64,000 nt of DNA from Eutreptiella sp. 'Long Island Sound 2002'. Its lineage: Eukaryota > Protista > Euglenida. The stretch spans positions 96,224,001 through 96,288,000 of the forward strand of contig OZ038378.1 of the NCBI GenBank assembly GCA_964036045.1, given 5' to 3'. Every line of letters starts with the position of its first letter. Position 1 is the stretch's first letter. Shown in pieces: positions 24,271-37,183 of this stretch. Both the position numbers and the translations under genes were made by a program. The notes under the pieces are model-generated. The model had not been told where the DNA came from and made no database searches. It was given only the letters and a program-made list of their open reading frames with translations.

Positions 24271-25261
24271 ACTACCCATGAGCCACTCCGCACTCATCTG
24301 TCGGTACAAGACCCCAGAGAGCCCCCAGAGTAGCCTGCCCCACAGCTGCATTAATAAATATTTCGAGCCCCACCGCGGCGCCACCAGGAAGGCTACCCTT
24401 GCCCCAACCCTTCATCCACACAACTTTGAATGTTTTAACTGGTTTCCCCTCCAATGGCACCGGGATTTTGAATGTCAGCGCTCACCCCTCGCCTCTCTCG
24501 CTCACCCTGACCCGCACCCTCCTCCCCACAGACGCCCGGACCCAGGCCAGATGCGTCAACGTGCTGGACTCCACGACATCATACGGCGATCTATCATGGA
24601 CGAGGGGAAGGTGTGCGCTCTGTTGTACGTTGCCACCTGTCAATGCATTATTTGCCCAACCCCCTGTAGTCTGTATGGGATACTTTTGAAGCCCAGATGG
24701 GGCCTGCGACGGGCGCACTGTCGCACAGGACACAGATCCATGGAAGCTACTGTATATCGGGGCTCTGTCCCTTGCAACGGACTACCTGTCTGCAATTCTT
24801 CCTGTGTGCCTCTTGGCGTCACACACTGTTGCTCTGGCCAGAAGCTGACCCCCCTTGTACATATACATCCTTTCCTAATCACCATGCCCGCCATCACGAA
24901 GCCCTCATTCCGAGCATTATGAGAACGTGTGCCCGCGTGCTCGCCCGCTTGGGCGTTACAGGGGCCACGCTTCGCAGAACCCTGCACAAAATGAACTCCG
25001 CTCCTCCCCTCGCTTCTGCCCCGACCACTTCCACTGCGCGCTTCCGCCAAACGGTCATCAACGACCACCTCTCACCACCCCAACAATTCCTTCCCCCATC
25101 TCCTCCATCTGCAAGTCCCATGCCACGGGATTGCCCGACTCGAGTCATCTCCCCCCCTGTTAGGAACCCAGCAAACCCCCCTTTTTCCTTACCACCCCAA
25201 GTCAATAAAAATCATAAACCCCATTACGCCCGCCAACCCCCCCCCTCCATACCGTCCATCA

Positions 25262-25970
25262 CGGCCCTGCGCGTTCTCAGCATAAATGTCGAAAAAAGCA
25301 ATGACAACTCTGGCATCATTTTACATTTTCTCCGCAAGGGTTATGACATAATCCTCCCCCAAGAACGCAACTCTCTGCCCCCTGCCTCACCAGTTCTCTG
25401 TTGGTCTTGACAAGGCAAAAGTCTTCGGAAACGTGGGGAGCAATCGACACAGCTCCGCCATTGTCTTCGGCCCCAGGATAGCAAAATATGCGTCCTCGAT
25501 TCCAGACCACGACCATGAAGGCCTCATCTCCGGAGCAGTCCTGGCTCTCCCTGAAGCCCCGGCACTTGGCGTATTTTCTGTGTACTCTCCCCACTGCCTA
25601 CTGGAGCCCCTGCGCCTTTTCGTGATATCATTGAACGTCGCCTTGCCTACGTTTTCAATGAGTACACCCGCAACATCGTAGGAGGGGGTTTCAACTGTGT
25701 CATTGAACCAGCCTTAGACCAACATGGCCAATCTGACCCTCATCGATGGCCCTGGCTTTCCGGCGAAGTCACCTACGTCACTGCTAGACTTGTCGACACC
25801 TTTGGCTCACATCACCCCTCCGGCCAAGAGTACACGGGGTACAAATGTGCTCGATGGAATAGTGAGTGTAGGCTCAACTATAATTTCGCCTCCCCCACCA
25901 AGGTGGCCATATTCCCCGTTCTAGAGGAATCAATGCTTACCGGACACATATATTCCAACCATCACCCAGG
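25262..25970 (+). pseudogene. AP-endonuclease domain of LINE-A
   Basis: LRVLSINV, DIILPQE, GGGFNC (GDFN), LVDTF, RLNY (RLDY), SNHHP (SDH). Confidence 0.85.
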
Positions 25971-26689
25971 CTCTGCAACATTCCAATGCCCCGCCCCCAT
26001 TCTACTCGCTAAACCACCCCTCACCCCTTTCGTTTACCAAAAATTCAATGAGGAAGAAAAATCCATATACACCTCTCGACTCCTTCACTTGGCCACCTGC
26101 TGCCACAATGCTAAAGATTTAGTTGACACAGCGGATGCCGGCCAACTCATCCCTGCTGTTGACTCACCTTTGTCACAGATGGCAACAGCCTTTCACAAGA
26201 TCACGAGTCGTCGACCCGATCGTAAACACGTAGCGAACACAAAGCGGCTACATTCCTTGGAACGCGACACCCCTCCGCCCTCCTCTCCCTCCTTCTCTGC
26301 GCACATCGCAAAAGTCCAGGACACCGTAGAGTCCCTGCGTGCTTCCAACGACTCTGATGCCATCCGCAAACTCGACAGGAGCCTGGTCCAGGGCTGCAAA
26401 ATGAAAACCGTAGCCAGTGAAACCCTATGTCCCAACTACATGCATCTCACTTTGGTTCGCGACCCTGCTACGGGACAGATAGAGCAAGACCCGGTGCGCG
26501 TCGCGAAGATCTTCGGCTCCACACTGCAGCACCTTGGTGGGGACCCCTCTTACCGTCCTCCCCCTGGGTTTGTCGACGAAGTCCTCGCCTACTCCCCCTC
26601 CTGCCCTGCTCTGGCGGCACTGGAGGCCATTCCTTATGTTTCATGGAATGTTTTTGCGGCCCACCTGAAGCACAGCAAACCCAGCAAAT

Positions 26690-27600
26690 CTGGCGGTGGT
26701 GACCGTACCGATAACAATCATTTGCACCTTGCACCTGAACCGATTGAAACATTTTCTTCGCGGGTTTTGAATAGGTTTTTAAGTTCTCCAATGCCACACC
26801 ACTGGCTTGGGTCATACATTTGCCTCCTCTACAAATGCGGCGACCCTTACCAAGCCGCCAACTACAGACCCATTGCATTACTTAACACAGTATACAAACT
26901 TGTTGCCATCTTCACACGCGTCTCACCTGTAGCAACAAACCCTTAACCTCTCCCTACTTTCCCCCATCCAACAAGGGGGACTCCCCCGCCATCAGTGTAC
27001 CGACCACATATACCACACGAAGAGTTTATACGCTCGCTCTAAAAGTGGTTACTCCCTCTACGTCGACTTCAACAAAGCCTTTAATTCTGTTCCACTGTCC
27101 AAGCTGTGGACAGTGCTCGAGCCTTCAAACCTTCCTTGCGCCGCCATTACGTTGGTGAAAAACCTCTACGCATCCCCTGTGGATGCTCTAAAAATTAACG
27201 GGCATTGCCCCAACACCTATGTCCAGGCCTGCGGCCTGCGTGAAGGCTGTGCTCGGTCTCCCATTCTTTTCATCTTATACTTAAACGCCCTTTCCTCTTA
27301 CTTCTTGGCCACTACCCCTTCCCCCGAACAAGGTTGCGTCACCAGCCACAAAGCCTTCATTGACGATATTTTGATCCGCAGCGAGGACCCGTCCTATATA
27401 CAGCGAGCTATCAACTTTCTTCGACGGCCTGGCTAGATTGCGGGGCCCCGATATGAATTTAAAAAAAAACAATCCCAGGCCATGGGCCAAGCAGTGCAGC
27501 GCACCTTCACCACCGCCGCGGGCAGCTCATTTCCCACTTTTGACCCCAAAACCTCCCGCCCACGGACCCATTATAAATACCAGGGGGTCTACATTTTTAC
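26690..27600 (+). pseudogene. Reverse transcriptase domain of LINE-A
   Basis: G.D, LYKCGDPYQAANYRPIALLN, VDFNKAFNSV, GLREGCARSP, FIDDILI, YKYQGV; several stops and frameshifts. Confidence 0.9.
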
Positions 27601-28234
27601 TCAGCACCAAGCGGAAGGGCCAGACACCATGATTTGGGCTGAAATTTTAAGCTATCTTTCCCGATTGTCTCCGCTCCCCCTAACTCTCAGGCTCCTACCC
27701 CCTCACGCACAGCAGATTGCCCGACGCCGCGCCCAATGCACAACCGCCGCCCTTGACCCAGCCCCAGGTGGACAACCCGGGGAGCCCCCCCCCCTGCGAG
27801 ACCAACGACGGGAACCTCCCACGGCAGCCGTCCAGAACATGCCACATCAACTCACCAAATGTCACCTCCTACACGACCACGATGCCAACAACGAGACGCG
27901 GCGGAGCTACACATTACCCCTGCAGTGGACATCACCACAAGGCACCTTCACGTGGGGGGAAATCATCCCCGGCACCACGGCGCTCACATACCTATGGCTC
28001 CCGGATGCGAAGACTCATGCACAACCCCCCGGCACACACCTCCTCCTCACCCTGGAAATAGAGGCTGTCATCCAAGACATTCACACCACAGAGGGAGAGG
28101 ACTACGTGACGGCCAACGCGGACACCAGAGTGGCGTTACACACCAAAGAACACACCACACCCCGAACCGCAATACCAGGGTCACACCCTTGGCACGTGAC
28201 TATCGTACACCTACCCGCAGGGGCACACACGGAA

Positions 28235-31200
28235 GAGGCCCGGCAATGGTGCATGATCAGGTAGGCACAAGTGTGTACCATCCTGCACGAAGGGCGCAAA
28301 AGCCCTCCCTCACCAGCCACATCCCACAGCCTGCCCCCACCCCGGGGAATCCCACGTCGAGACAGCTCTTCCCCACCGGAGTCCTGGGCTACACACGCAC
28401 CCTCTGCCGCGGGGCAGTGGAGGCTCTCAAGACCACCATCTCCAGCCGGCCCATGATTACAAGGAGGAAGGCTACACCCTGTGGTGGCAGCAGCCCACGC
28501 CGAATGGGGGCGTCCAAACACCGGCCGACCAACCTGGCCTTGGCCCGGAGCTCACTGTGATCGCCCGCGCCATCGCTAACATGGTCGAGGAAGTTGGGGC
28601 GCCACTCCAATGGACACCAGCCATCATAAAAGAGGCGGCAGCACGCCACAACCCAGCATTCTCACACTTCAGGGGCAGCCGCATCCATCAACCCCCTACC
28701 AGACCTCAACCTCCGAACCCACAATGAGTCGGCTGTCCACATCTTCGTGCCCAATGACACCGCACCCAAAGCAGGGGACGGTACAGCGCACGTCACCAAA
28801 CAGGTTGCCAGCACCACGCTCCACTATGACATACCAACAACGAAGGTCATGGTCACCCACAAAACCGGCCGCGACAACTACTGCCTCCACGCCACACACA
28901 AGCGCTCCGCGATCAGCATTTACAGGTTCACCATCTACCCGAGCCTCCAGTCACCGCAACGCCACTCAAGGCTGGAGTGGAGGCATGCGCTGCACATCTC
29001 CCAAGCCCGACGCAAAAGGCCCGCGCAGCACACGCCCCCTTCTGACGACTGCACGGTCCTCCACGCAGCCCCCCGATGAGCCGCTGCACAACACCACAAT
29101 AGCCTACTCCCACGCATTAGCAATGGGCCGGGCACAGGTACTGACACCCCCCCCCAAGAGCACAATGAAACTACTAGCCCGAAAGCTGCGCCCCAAAATG
29201 GCGCTAGGCGACACGCTCTGGGTATACCATGGGAAAAGCCTCACAGCACGGTTGGCTGAACTCCGGAACTTCATCCCCCATCACACACAACGCGCGATGG
29301 GACCCTTGACCATTTACACGGTGCCGCACCCCATAACAGCCCAGTGCACCCACTGCAACCCCCGGTGCGCGCATCCATGCGGGGGCACTCTGCAACAACC
29401 CCTGCCCATCCCTACAGAGGGGGCATATACCGTGGCACTATACCCAGAGACCCAAACCCTTACTTCCTACCCGCGGTCGACTGCCACCACGGCATAGTAG
29501 GCGACCTGTCGAGTACCTGGCAGTGGGACCGTCCCTCTTCCTGAGACGCCCCCCCTACACCCCGTCCGACAAGCGCCCGCCAGTTGAGCCAACAGACGCT
29601 CCTCACTCCAAAGGCGGCAGCCAGCATCCCCTGAGACCCAGAAGGGGTAAACCACCTCGTGGTGCAGGGGCTGACGGAACAGGTCCCTAGTGCGGCCAGT
29701 TGGCACAAGACGCCCCTGAGGACTGCCAAGGACATCTACCCTGTCATCCTCATGTGAGCGCCCCGAAGAGCCAATCCCGTAGTGTGCCCCATCACACTCG
29801 TAGGCTTGGACGCAATAGACGCACTCCCGGCCATCACGGAAGTAGAGTCCTCAAGCACCAGGAGACCCCCCGGACGTCCGATTTGTTGGACCACGGCAAG
29901 GTCAGGAGGGCGACAGCGCAGACTCCGGATGACTAGGTACCGCCCCAGCAATGTGGCGGCGACCGCCTGCGACTCGCCGCCCCTGTCCTCCACACCCAAA
30001 AAGGCGGCCTGGAAAGCGCTCCACAACACCCTTTACTAGGCGCAGGGGGCTCCAAGAGCCCCCTCCCCGGGGACCCATTCAGGCGCAAAAGCGCCACGCC
30101 ACACGCCTGACAAAGACGTGCTCCGCCATGCGCTCGACTAGGGCTCCTCACTCGGCCCACAGACCCACCTGACGCCCTACAGGCGGCCGAGGAGACGCTC
30201 GGCCTCATGAGCAGGCAGGTGTCCCGGCTGACGGATGCTGTTCCAACGTGAAAGCCCGACATCCCAGCGACCCGTTGAACACCCAGTGTCCACACCAAGC
30301 CACGACACAGCCCAGAGGCGCAGCACCCCAAAGAAGCTGGCGCGATGCCCCGCAACGTCAGGGTACGAAGAAACACAAAGCCCGCATACAGCCCGAACCC
30401 CCGACGAAACGCAGGCTGAAAAGTTGGACCAGGGAGGAAGCCGCCGCACTATACCCCGAGTTGGCCGTGGGTACCCAAGTTCAACTACCCTTCGAGTTTG
30501 CAACAGCCGCAGGCCCCGCAACTTGGATATGGGCAGCGGGCGAGGTTGCCCATCGGTACCTTTTCACAGAAGAACACCAGGGAATCAACGTCTGCGTCAA
30601 GTGGGACCCAGCAAGCCCCGGGGACAAGAATAAGGCGCAAACCGTTGAGCTCTGCCGGGGCTACAACCGTCAGAAGATGGTCGCCATGCAATTGTGCACC
30701 TCCGACACAGAGAACCTCACCCGCAGCACATACACGGGCGAAGTCCACAATGCATGGCCCCCGCTCAAGCCTCAGAAGCACATTTCGCAAGGCGTCCGCA
30801 GCTCGGGGCGTCATCGACCTTCTCCAAGGCTGACAGGGCCCGGGTCGGAAAAAGACCACCACCATGACTGCCGGTCCCTAACAGCCAGCGCCCACAGAAG
30901 CCCATGCACACATCAACATCCTCAACGAACCTGCGGTCACCTACGACCCCACCAAGGCTGCCACGCTGCAAGCCATGCCACCAGGGCGCAGACCTTCTCG
31001 GGTTCCTGGAACAAGCCCTCCATAGGGCGGACCAGCCCGAATCTGCCCCAGTCTTGAACTGAGAGGGGAACAAATACCAGGCCCACTGGCAGCGAGGGGT
31101 GCCCCTTTACCACAAGGCAACAGTCGCCGTACACCCCCACACTGACCTCGGGATCATCGGCCCCCTGAGAAGGTACGAGTGCGCCGAGCCTGGATGGCAG

Positions 31201-34200
31201 CACAACGTGCTACTCACGCACGTCTGCTTTGGCAAGGCCATGAAGGATTTCCTGGACGGCCTGAGCCTGGCATACCGTCGTCTTTCCCTCCCAGTGACCA
31301 CCATCATCGTTGGCAACCTAAAAACTGCCCCAACCGAGGACGATCACACCAGTCCAACCACAGCCACCAACACTGCCAACCGGGACGCTGTGCATTAAAT
31401 GTGCACCACCAACCTCACAGCAGGACTCACCGGCATACCCTCCCACCAACCCAACCCGGCCGGCACCCATCCCTCCCGCATCGACACGTGCCACGGGGAC
31501 GCAACCACGGTACACGTCAACGAGGCAACCTACGGGGACTTCCGACCCGCAGGCACGGCGCACAGCCCCTCTACATCGACCTCATCATCCCGAACCACCA
31601 TGCCTGACAACAGCCTCCCGGCCGCGCTGCAGTTCCGACTCCAAGACAACCACAGCCCCTGGCACAAATCTAACAGTGCGCATCACGCCATTATCTGCCG
31701 CAATGCTGCACCAACACTCACGACCGCCATGTGCCAGGCAGCGCAAGGGTGCGGCAGCCCCCAACTGGATAGATGGGAGGCACAGTGCCAAAGAAGGGTG
31801 CGGCATGGCACCCGACACTAACCACACGGAAACGGTGCCGGACCTCCCACTCCAACAACTCATCCGTCACATTAGGAACACAAAAGAGGAGCTTACCACC
31901 CTAAGAGACCCCACCACCCTCCTCACCACCCCCCGCCACCAGCTCCAGGGCTGGCACGCCCAGCGCATGGCAGCCGCCGCCCAGGAACGCGAAAGATACG
32001 GCAGAAACGACATGCCGTACACTTAGCCCACGCAAACTGCACCCCCTTTTTTAAGCGAAGCACCAAAGTTTTGTCATCGAAAAAATAGTTTTTTTGCCAT
32101 TTCGAAGGTGCTGTTTTCCAAAGCCCCCAGAGAAATGCATTACCTACGAAGTTTGCCCATTTTGTGGCTTTTCTCAGGGGGGTAAAAGAATAATCTTTCA
32201 GTCCAAATCAGAGGTCTTACGGGTCATTTTCCCCGAAAAAAAATTTGGTTCGCAAATTTCAAGTATACCAATTTTTGGAACTTCTGAAAAAATGTTAACG
32301 ACGGGGGCTGTTGACACAACGTGTGCATGTCTGAATGAACAGCTAATTATTGGAGGAGGCTGAGTGCTCGAGGCCTCGCGCACTCAGTCACCTGAAGTAA
32401 GATTTTCAGGCCTTTTTGACACGAGTTTTTGACATCGCAAGTGGCATGAAGCAAGAATGGAGCTAACGCAAAACTGCAACACACAGCGGAACACTCAGTG
32501 GGCGAGGCACCGGCAATGGTTCATGAACAGGTAGGCACAAGTGTGTACCATCCTGCACGAAGGGTGGAAAAACCCTCCCTCACCAGCCACATCCCTCAGC
32601 CTGCCCCCACCATGGGCGAATCCCACATCAAGACAGCCCTTCCCCACCGGAGTCTGGGGCTACACACGCACCCTCCGCCGCGGAACAGTGGAGGCCCTCA
32701 AGACCACCATCTCCAGCAAACCCATGATTACAAGGAAAAAGGCTAGACCCTGTGGTGGCAGCACCTCGCGCCAGATGGGGGCCTCCAAACATCAGCCGAC
32801 CAACCTGGCCTTGGCCCGGAGCTCACAGCGATCGCCCGCGCCGTCGCTAACATGGTCGAGGAAGTCCGGGCGCCACCCCAATGGACACCAGCCATCCTCA
32901 AAGAGGCGGCAGCACGCCACAACCCGGCATTCTCACACTTCAGGGGAGGCCACATCCATCAACGCCTACCAGACCTTGACCTCCCAACCCACAATGAGTC
33001 GGCTGTCCATATCTTCGTACCCCATGACACCGCACCGAAGGCACGGGACGGTACGGCGCGCGTCACCAAACATCTTGCCAGCACCACGATCCACTACGAC
33101 ACACCACCACTGAAGGTCATGGTCACTCACAAAACCGGCCGCGACAACTACTGCCTCCACGCCACACACAAGCGCTCCCCCATCAGCATTTACAAGTTCA
33201 CCATCTACTGCGGCCTCCAGTCACCGCAACGCCACCCAGGGCTGGAGTGGAGGCATCCGCTGCACATCCCCTAAGCCCTACGCAAAAGGCCCGCGCAGCA
33301 CCCGCCCCTTTCCGACGACTGCACAGTCCTCCACGCAGCCCCCCGATGAGCCGCTGCACAACACCACAATAGCCTACTCCCACGCATTAGCCCTGGGCCG
33401 GGCACAGGTACCGAGGCCCTCCGCAAGAGCACAATGAAACTACTCGCCCGAAAGCTGCGCCCGAGAATGGCGCTAGGGGACACACTCCGGGTATACCATG
33501 GGAAAAGCCTCACAGCACGGTTGGTGGAACTCCGGAACTTCATCCCCCACCACACACAACGCGCGATGGGACCCTTGACCATTTACACGGTGCCGCACCC
33601 CATAACGGCCCAGTGCACCCACTGCAACCCCCGGTGCGCACATCCATGCGGGGGCACTCTGCAACAACCCCTGCCCATCCCCACCTACAGAGGGGGCATA
33701 TACCGCGCCACTATACCCAGGGACCCAAACCCTTACTTCTTACCCGCGGCGGACTGCCACCACGGCATAGTACTCGACCTGTCGAGTACCTGGCAGTGGG
33801 ACTGTCCCTCTTCCTGAGACGCCCCCCCTACACCCCGTCCAACAAGCGCCCGCCAGTTGAGCGAACAGACGCCTCACAGGGACCCGAACGAGCCATCGTG
33901 CTCCTCACTCCAAAGGCTGCAGCCACCATCCCCTGAGACCCAGAAGGGGTAAACCACCTCGTGGTGCAGGGGCTGACAGAACAGGTCCCTAGTGCGGCCA
34001 CGTACGCTAGGACAGCCGCCTCCCGCCTCCGGGAGGACCGCTCCTCTCCAACCCTAGGCCAGTTGGCACAAGACGCCCCTGAGGACCGCCAAGGACATCT
34101 ACCCTGTCCTCCTCATGTGAGTGCCCTGAAGAGCCAATCCCGTAGTGTGCCCCATCACGCTCGTAGGCTTGGACGCAATAGATGCACTTCCGGCCATCAC

Positions 34201-36488
34201 GGAAGTACGAGTCCTCAAGCACCAGGAGACCCCCCGGACGTCCGAATTGGTGGAGTACCGCAAGGTCAGGCAGGCGACAGCGCGGACCCCTGATAACGAG
34301 GTACCGCCCCTGCAACGTCCTCCACACCCCAAAGGCGGCCTGGAAAGCGGTACACAATACCCTCTACTGGGCGCAGGGGGCGCCAAGAGCCCCCTCCCCG
34401 GGGACCCATTCAGGCGCGAAAGCGCCACGCCACCTGCCTGGCGGAGGACTGCGCCGCCATGTGCTCGACTAGGGCTCCTCACTCGGCCCACAGACCCACC
34501 TGACGCCCTACAGACGGCCAAGGAGACGCTGGGCCTCATGAGCAGGGGGTGTTCCAGCTGACGGATGCCGTTCCAACGTGAAAGCCCGACATCCCAGCGA
34601 CCCTTGAACACCCAATGTCCACACAAAGCCACGACACAGCCAAGAGGCGCAGCACCCGAAAGGAGCCGGCGCGATGCCCCGCAACATCAGGGTACGAGGA
34701 AACACAAAGCCCGCACACAGCCCGAACCCCCCACGAAACGCAGGCTGAAAAGTTGGACCAGGGAGGAAGCCGCCGCACTATACCCCGAGTTGGCCGTGGG
34801 TACCCAAGTTCAACTACCCTTCAAGTTTGCAACAGCCGCAGGCCCCTCAACGTGAATATGGGCAGCAGGCGAGGTTGCCCATCGGTACCGTTTCACAGAA
34901 GAACACCAGGGATTCAACGTCTGCGTCAAGTGGGACCCAGCAAGCCTCACAGACAAGAAGGACGGGCAAACTGTGGAGCTCTGCCGGGGCTACAACGGTC
35001 AGGAGGTGGTCGCCATGCAATTGTGCACCCCCAACACAGAGGACCTCACCCGCACCACATACACGGGCAAAGTCCACAATGCATGGCCCCCGCTCAAGCC
35101 CCAGAAGCACATTTCGCAAGGCGTCTGCAGCTTGAGGCGTCATCGACCTCCTCCAAGGCTGATGGGGCCCGGGTCGGAAAAAGACCACCACCAGGACCGC
35201 CGGTCCCTAACAGCCAGCGCCCACAGAAGCCCATGCACACATCAACATCCTCAACGAACTCGCGGTCACCTACGACCCCACCAAGGCCGCCACGCTCACG
35301 ATCACACCAGTCCAACCGCAGCCACCAACATTGCCAACCGGGACGCAATGCATTAAATGTGCCTCACCAACCTCACAGCAGGACTCACTGGCATACCCTC
35401 CGACCACCGACACCAGGCTGGCACCCAGCCCTCCCGCATCAACACGTGCTACCTGGACGCAACCACGGTACACGTCAACGAGACAACCTACGGGGACTTC
35501 CGACCCGCAGGCACGGCGCACAGCCCCTCTACATCGACCTCATCATCCCCAACCACCATGCCTGACAACAGCCTCCCGGCCGCGCTGCAGTTCCCACTCG
35601 AAGACAACCACAGCCCCTGGCACAAATCTAACAGTGCGCATCACGCCATCCTCTGACGCAATGCTGCACCAACACTCACGACCACCATGCGCCAGGCAGC
35701 GCAAGGGTGCGGCAGCCCCCACCCGGATAGATGGGAGGCACAGTGCCAAAGAAGGGTGCGGCATGGCACCCGACACTAACCGCAGGGAAACGGCGCCGGA
35801 CATCGCACTCCACCAACTCATCAGTCACATTTGGAACACAGGAGAGGAGCTTGCCACCCTAAGAGACCCCACCACGCTCCCCACCACCCCCCGCCACCAG
35901 CTCCAGGGGTGGCACGCCCAGCGCATGTCAGCCGCCGCCCAAGAACGCGAAAGATACGGCAGAAATGACATGCCGTACACTTAGCCCACGCAAACTGCAC
36001 CCCCTTTTTCAAGCGAAGCACCAAAGTTTTGAAATCGAGAAAATAGTTTTTTTGCCTTTTTGAAGGTGCTGTTTTCCACAGCCCCCAGAGAAATGCATTA
36101 CGTACCCAGTTTGCCCATTTTGCAGCTGTCCTCAGGGGGGTAAAAGAAAAGTTTTTCAGTCCAAATCAGAGGGCTTACCAGTCATTTTCCCCGAAAAAGA
36201 ATTTGGTTCGCAAATTTTGAAGTATATCAATTTTTGGAACTTCTGACAAAATATTAACGATGGGGGCTGTTGACACAACGTGTGCATGTCCGCATGAAAA
36301 AAGAATTATCATAGGAGGCTGAGTGCTCGAGGCCTCGCGCACTCAGCCACCTGAAGTAAGAGATCCCGGCCTTTTTGAGACGAGTTTTTGACATCGCAAG
36401 TGGCATGAAGCAAGAATGGAGCTAAAGCAAAACTGCAACATTCAATATGGGTTAAACGGTTACACAGCGGAACACTCAGTGGGCGAGG
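28235..36488 (+). repeat. Tandem duplication of about 4.2/4.0 kb (LINE-B segment plus left part of the MITE)
   Basis: 28235-32507 aligns with 32503-36488 (about 90% by eye, reciprocal indels); the junction shares GAGGC microhomology. Confidence 0.9.
32022..32507. mobile_element. Truncated duplicate of the left part of the 1.2-kb MITE
   Basis: Same GTACA-CTTAGCCCACGCAAACTGCACCC start as 35975 onward; ends at the duplication junction. Confidence 0.85.
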
Positions 36489-37183
36489 CCTCGCGCACTC
36501 AACATGCTAGAAAAATGGTTCTTTTGACCTGACCACTTGCAATCTGGCAATAACCTGAAAAAGGCCTTTTGAGATTCCTCCTCTTTGGATTCCTGTGAAA
36601 ACAGTAAACTCAAGAGTAGTGTTCAGACACGCCGCCTGTAGGGCACCTTGTTTCATACCTCCTGTCACCCGAACCTCTTGAAAAACTGTTATACAGCCCA
36701 GACGATGGGAGGCTGGGGACGTCAGTTGAAGGTAAAACAACTGAGAAATGCGTGTTTAGCGAGAACTGAGGGCAACCCGCTGTTTAAAACAATTGCGCCT
36801 TACATGGCGCATGGCGTGAAACAAAAATACATTCATTGAAAATGCTTGCTGCTGATACGACCCAAACGGTACAACATGAGGTTTTTATTGCGACATTAGA
36901 GCTTTGTGTGGCATGGAATACTCTTTGTTCAGGACCGGTAGGAAATACACATTCTGCATGATTGAGTGCCCGAGGCCTCACGCACTCAACAAGCTAAAAA
37001 ATTAGTTTTTTTTATACATTTGAGTACCTGCAATGTGCCGATGACCTTAAAACCATTTTTTGAGAATCGAAAGCTTTCGAATCCTCAGTTTTCAGGTTGA
37101 AACACGGGAAAATGGGGCGTCATTTTTTTGCACACAAATGCCACCCTTGGGATGCAAAACAGGGTGCAGTTTGGTGGGCTAAG
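35980..37183. mobile_element. 1204-bp non-autonomous DNA transposon (MITE) with ~23-bp TIRs and 5-bp TSD GTACA
   Basis: Left CTTAGCCCACGCAAACTGCACCC; right end reverse complement CTTAGCCCAC-CAAACTGCACCC. GTACA at 35975-35979 and 37184-37188. Excision restores the LINE-B frame GRNDMPYKSLRYLS. Confidence 0.9.

Larger units (their letters stand above)
20751..27690 (+). mobile_element. L1/Tx1-like non-LTR retrotransposon (LINE-A): SL, ORF1-like region, AlkB, APE, RT; degenerate, 3' end missing
   Basis: Continuous plus-strand coding with frameshifts from ATG 20799. APE motifs SINV...QE, IVGGGFNCVIEPALD, LVDTF..HP...EYT, CRLNY, SNHHP. RT motifs NYRPIALLNTVYKL, QQGG, YVDFNKAFNSV, GLREGCARSPILF, FIDD, YKYQGV. 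Confidence 0.85.

Noticed and set aside
24430-24640. JAB/MPN metalloprotease resemblance (FPLQ...C, HPDPHP..D)
   Set aside because: The HxH-x7-S-x2-D spacing is not met in any single frame.
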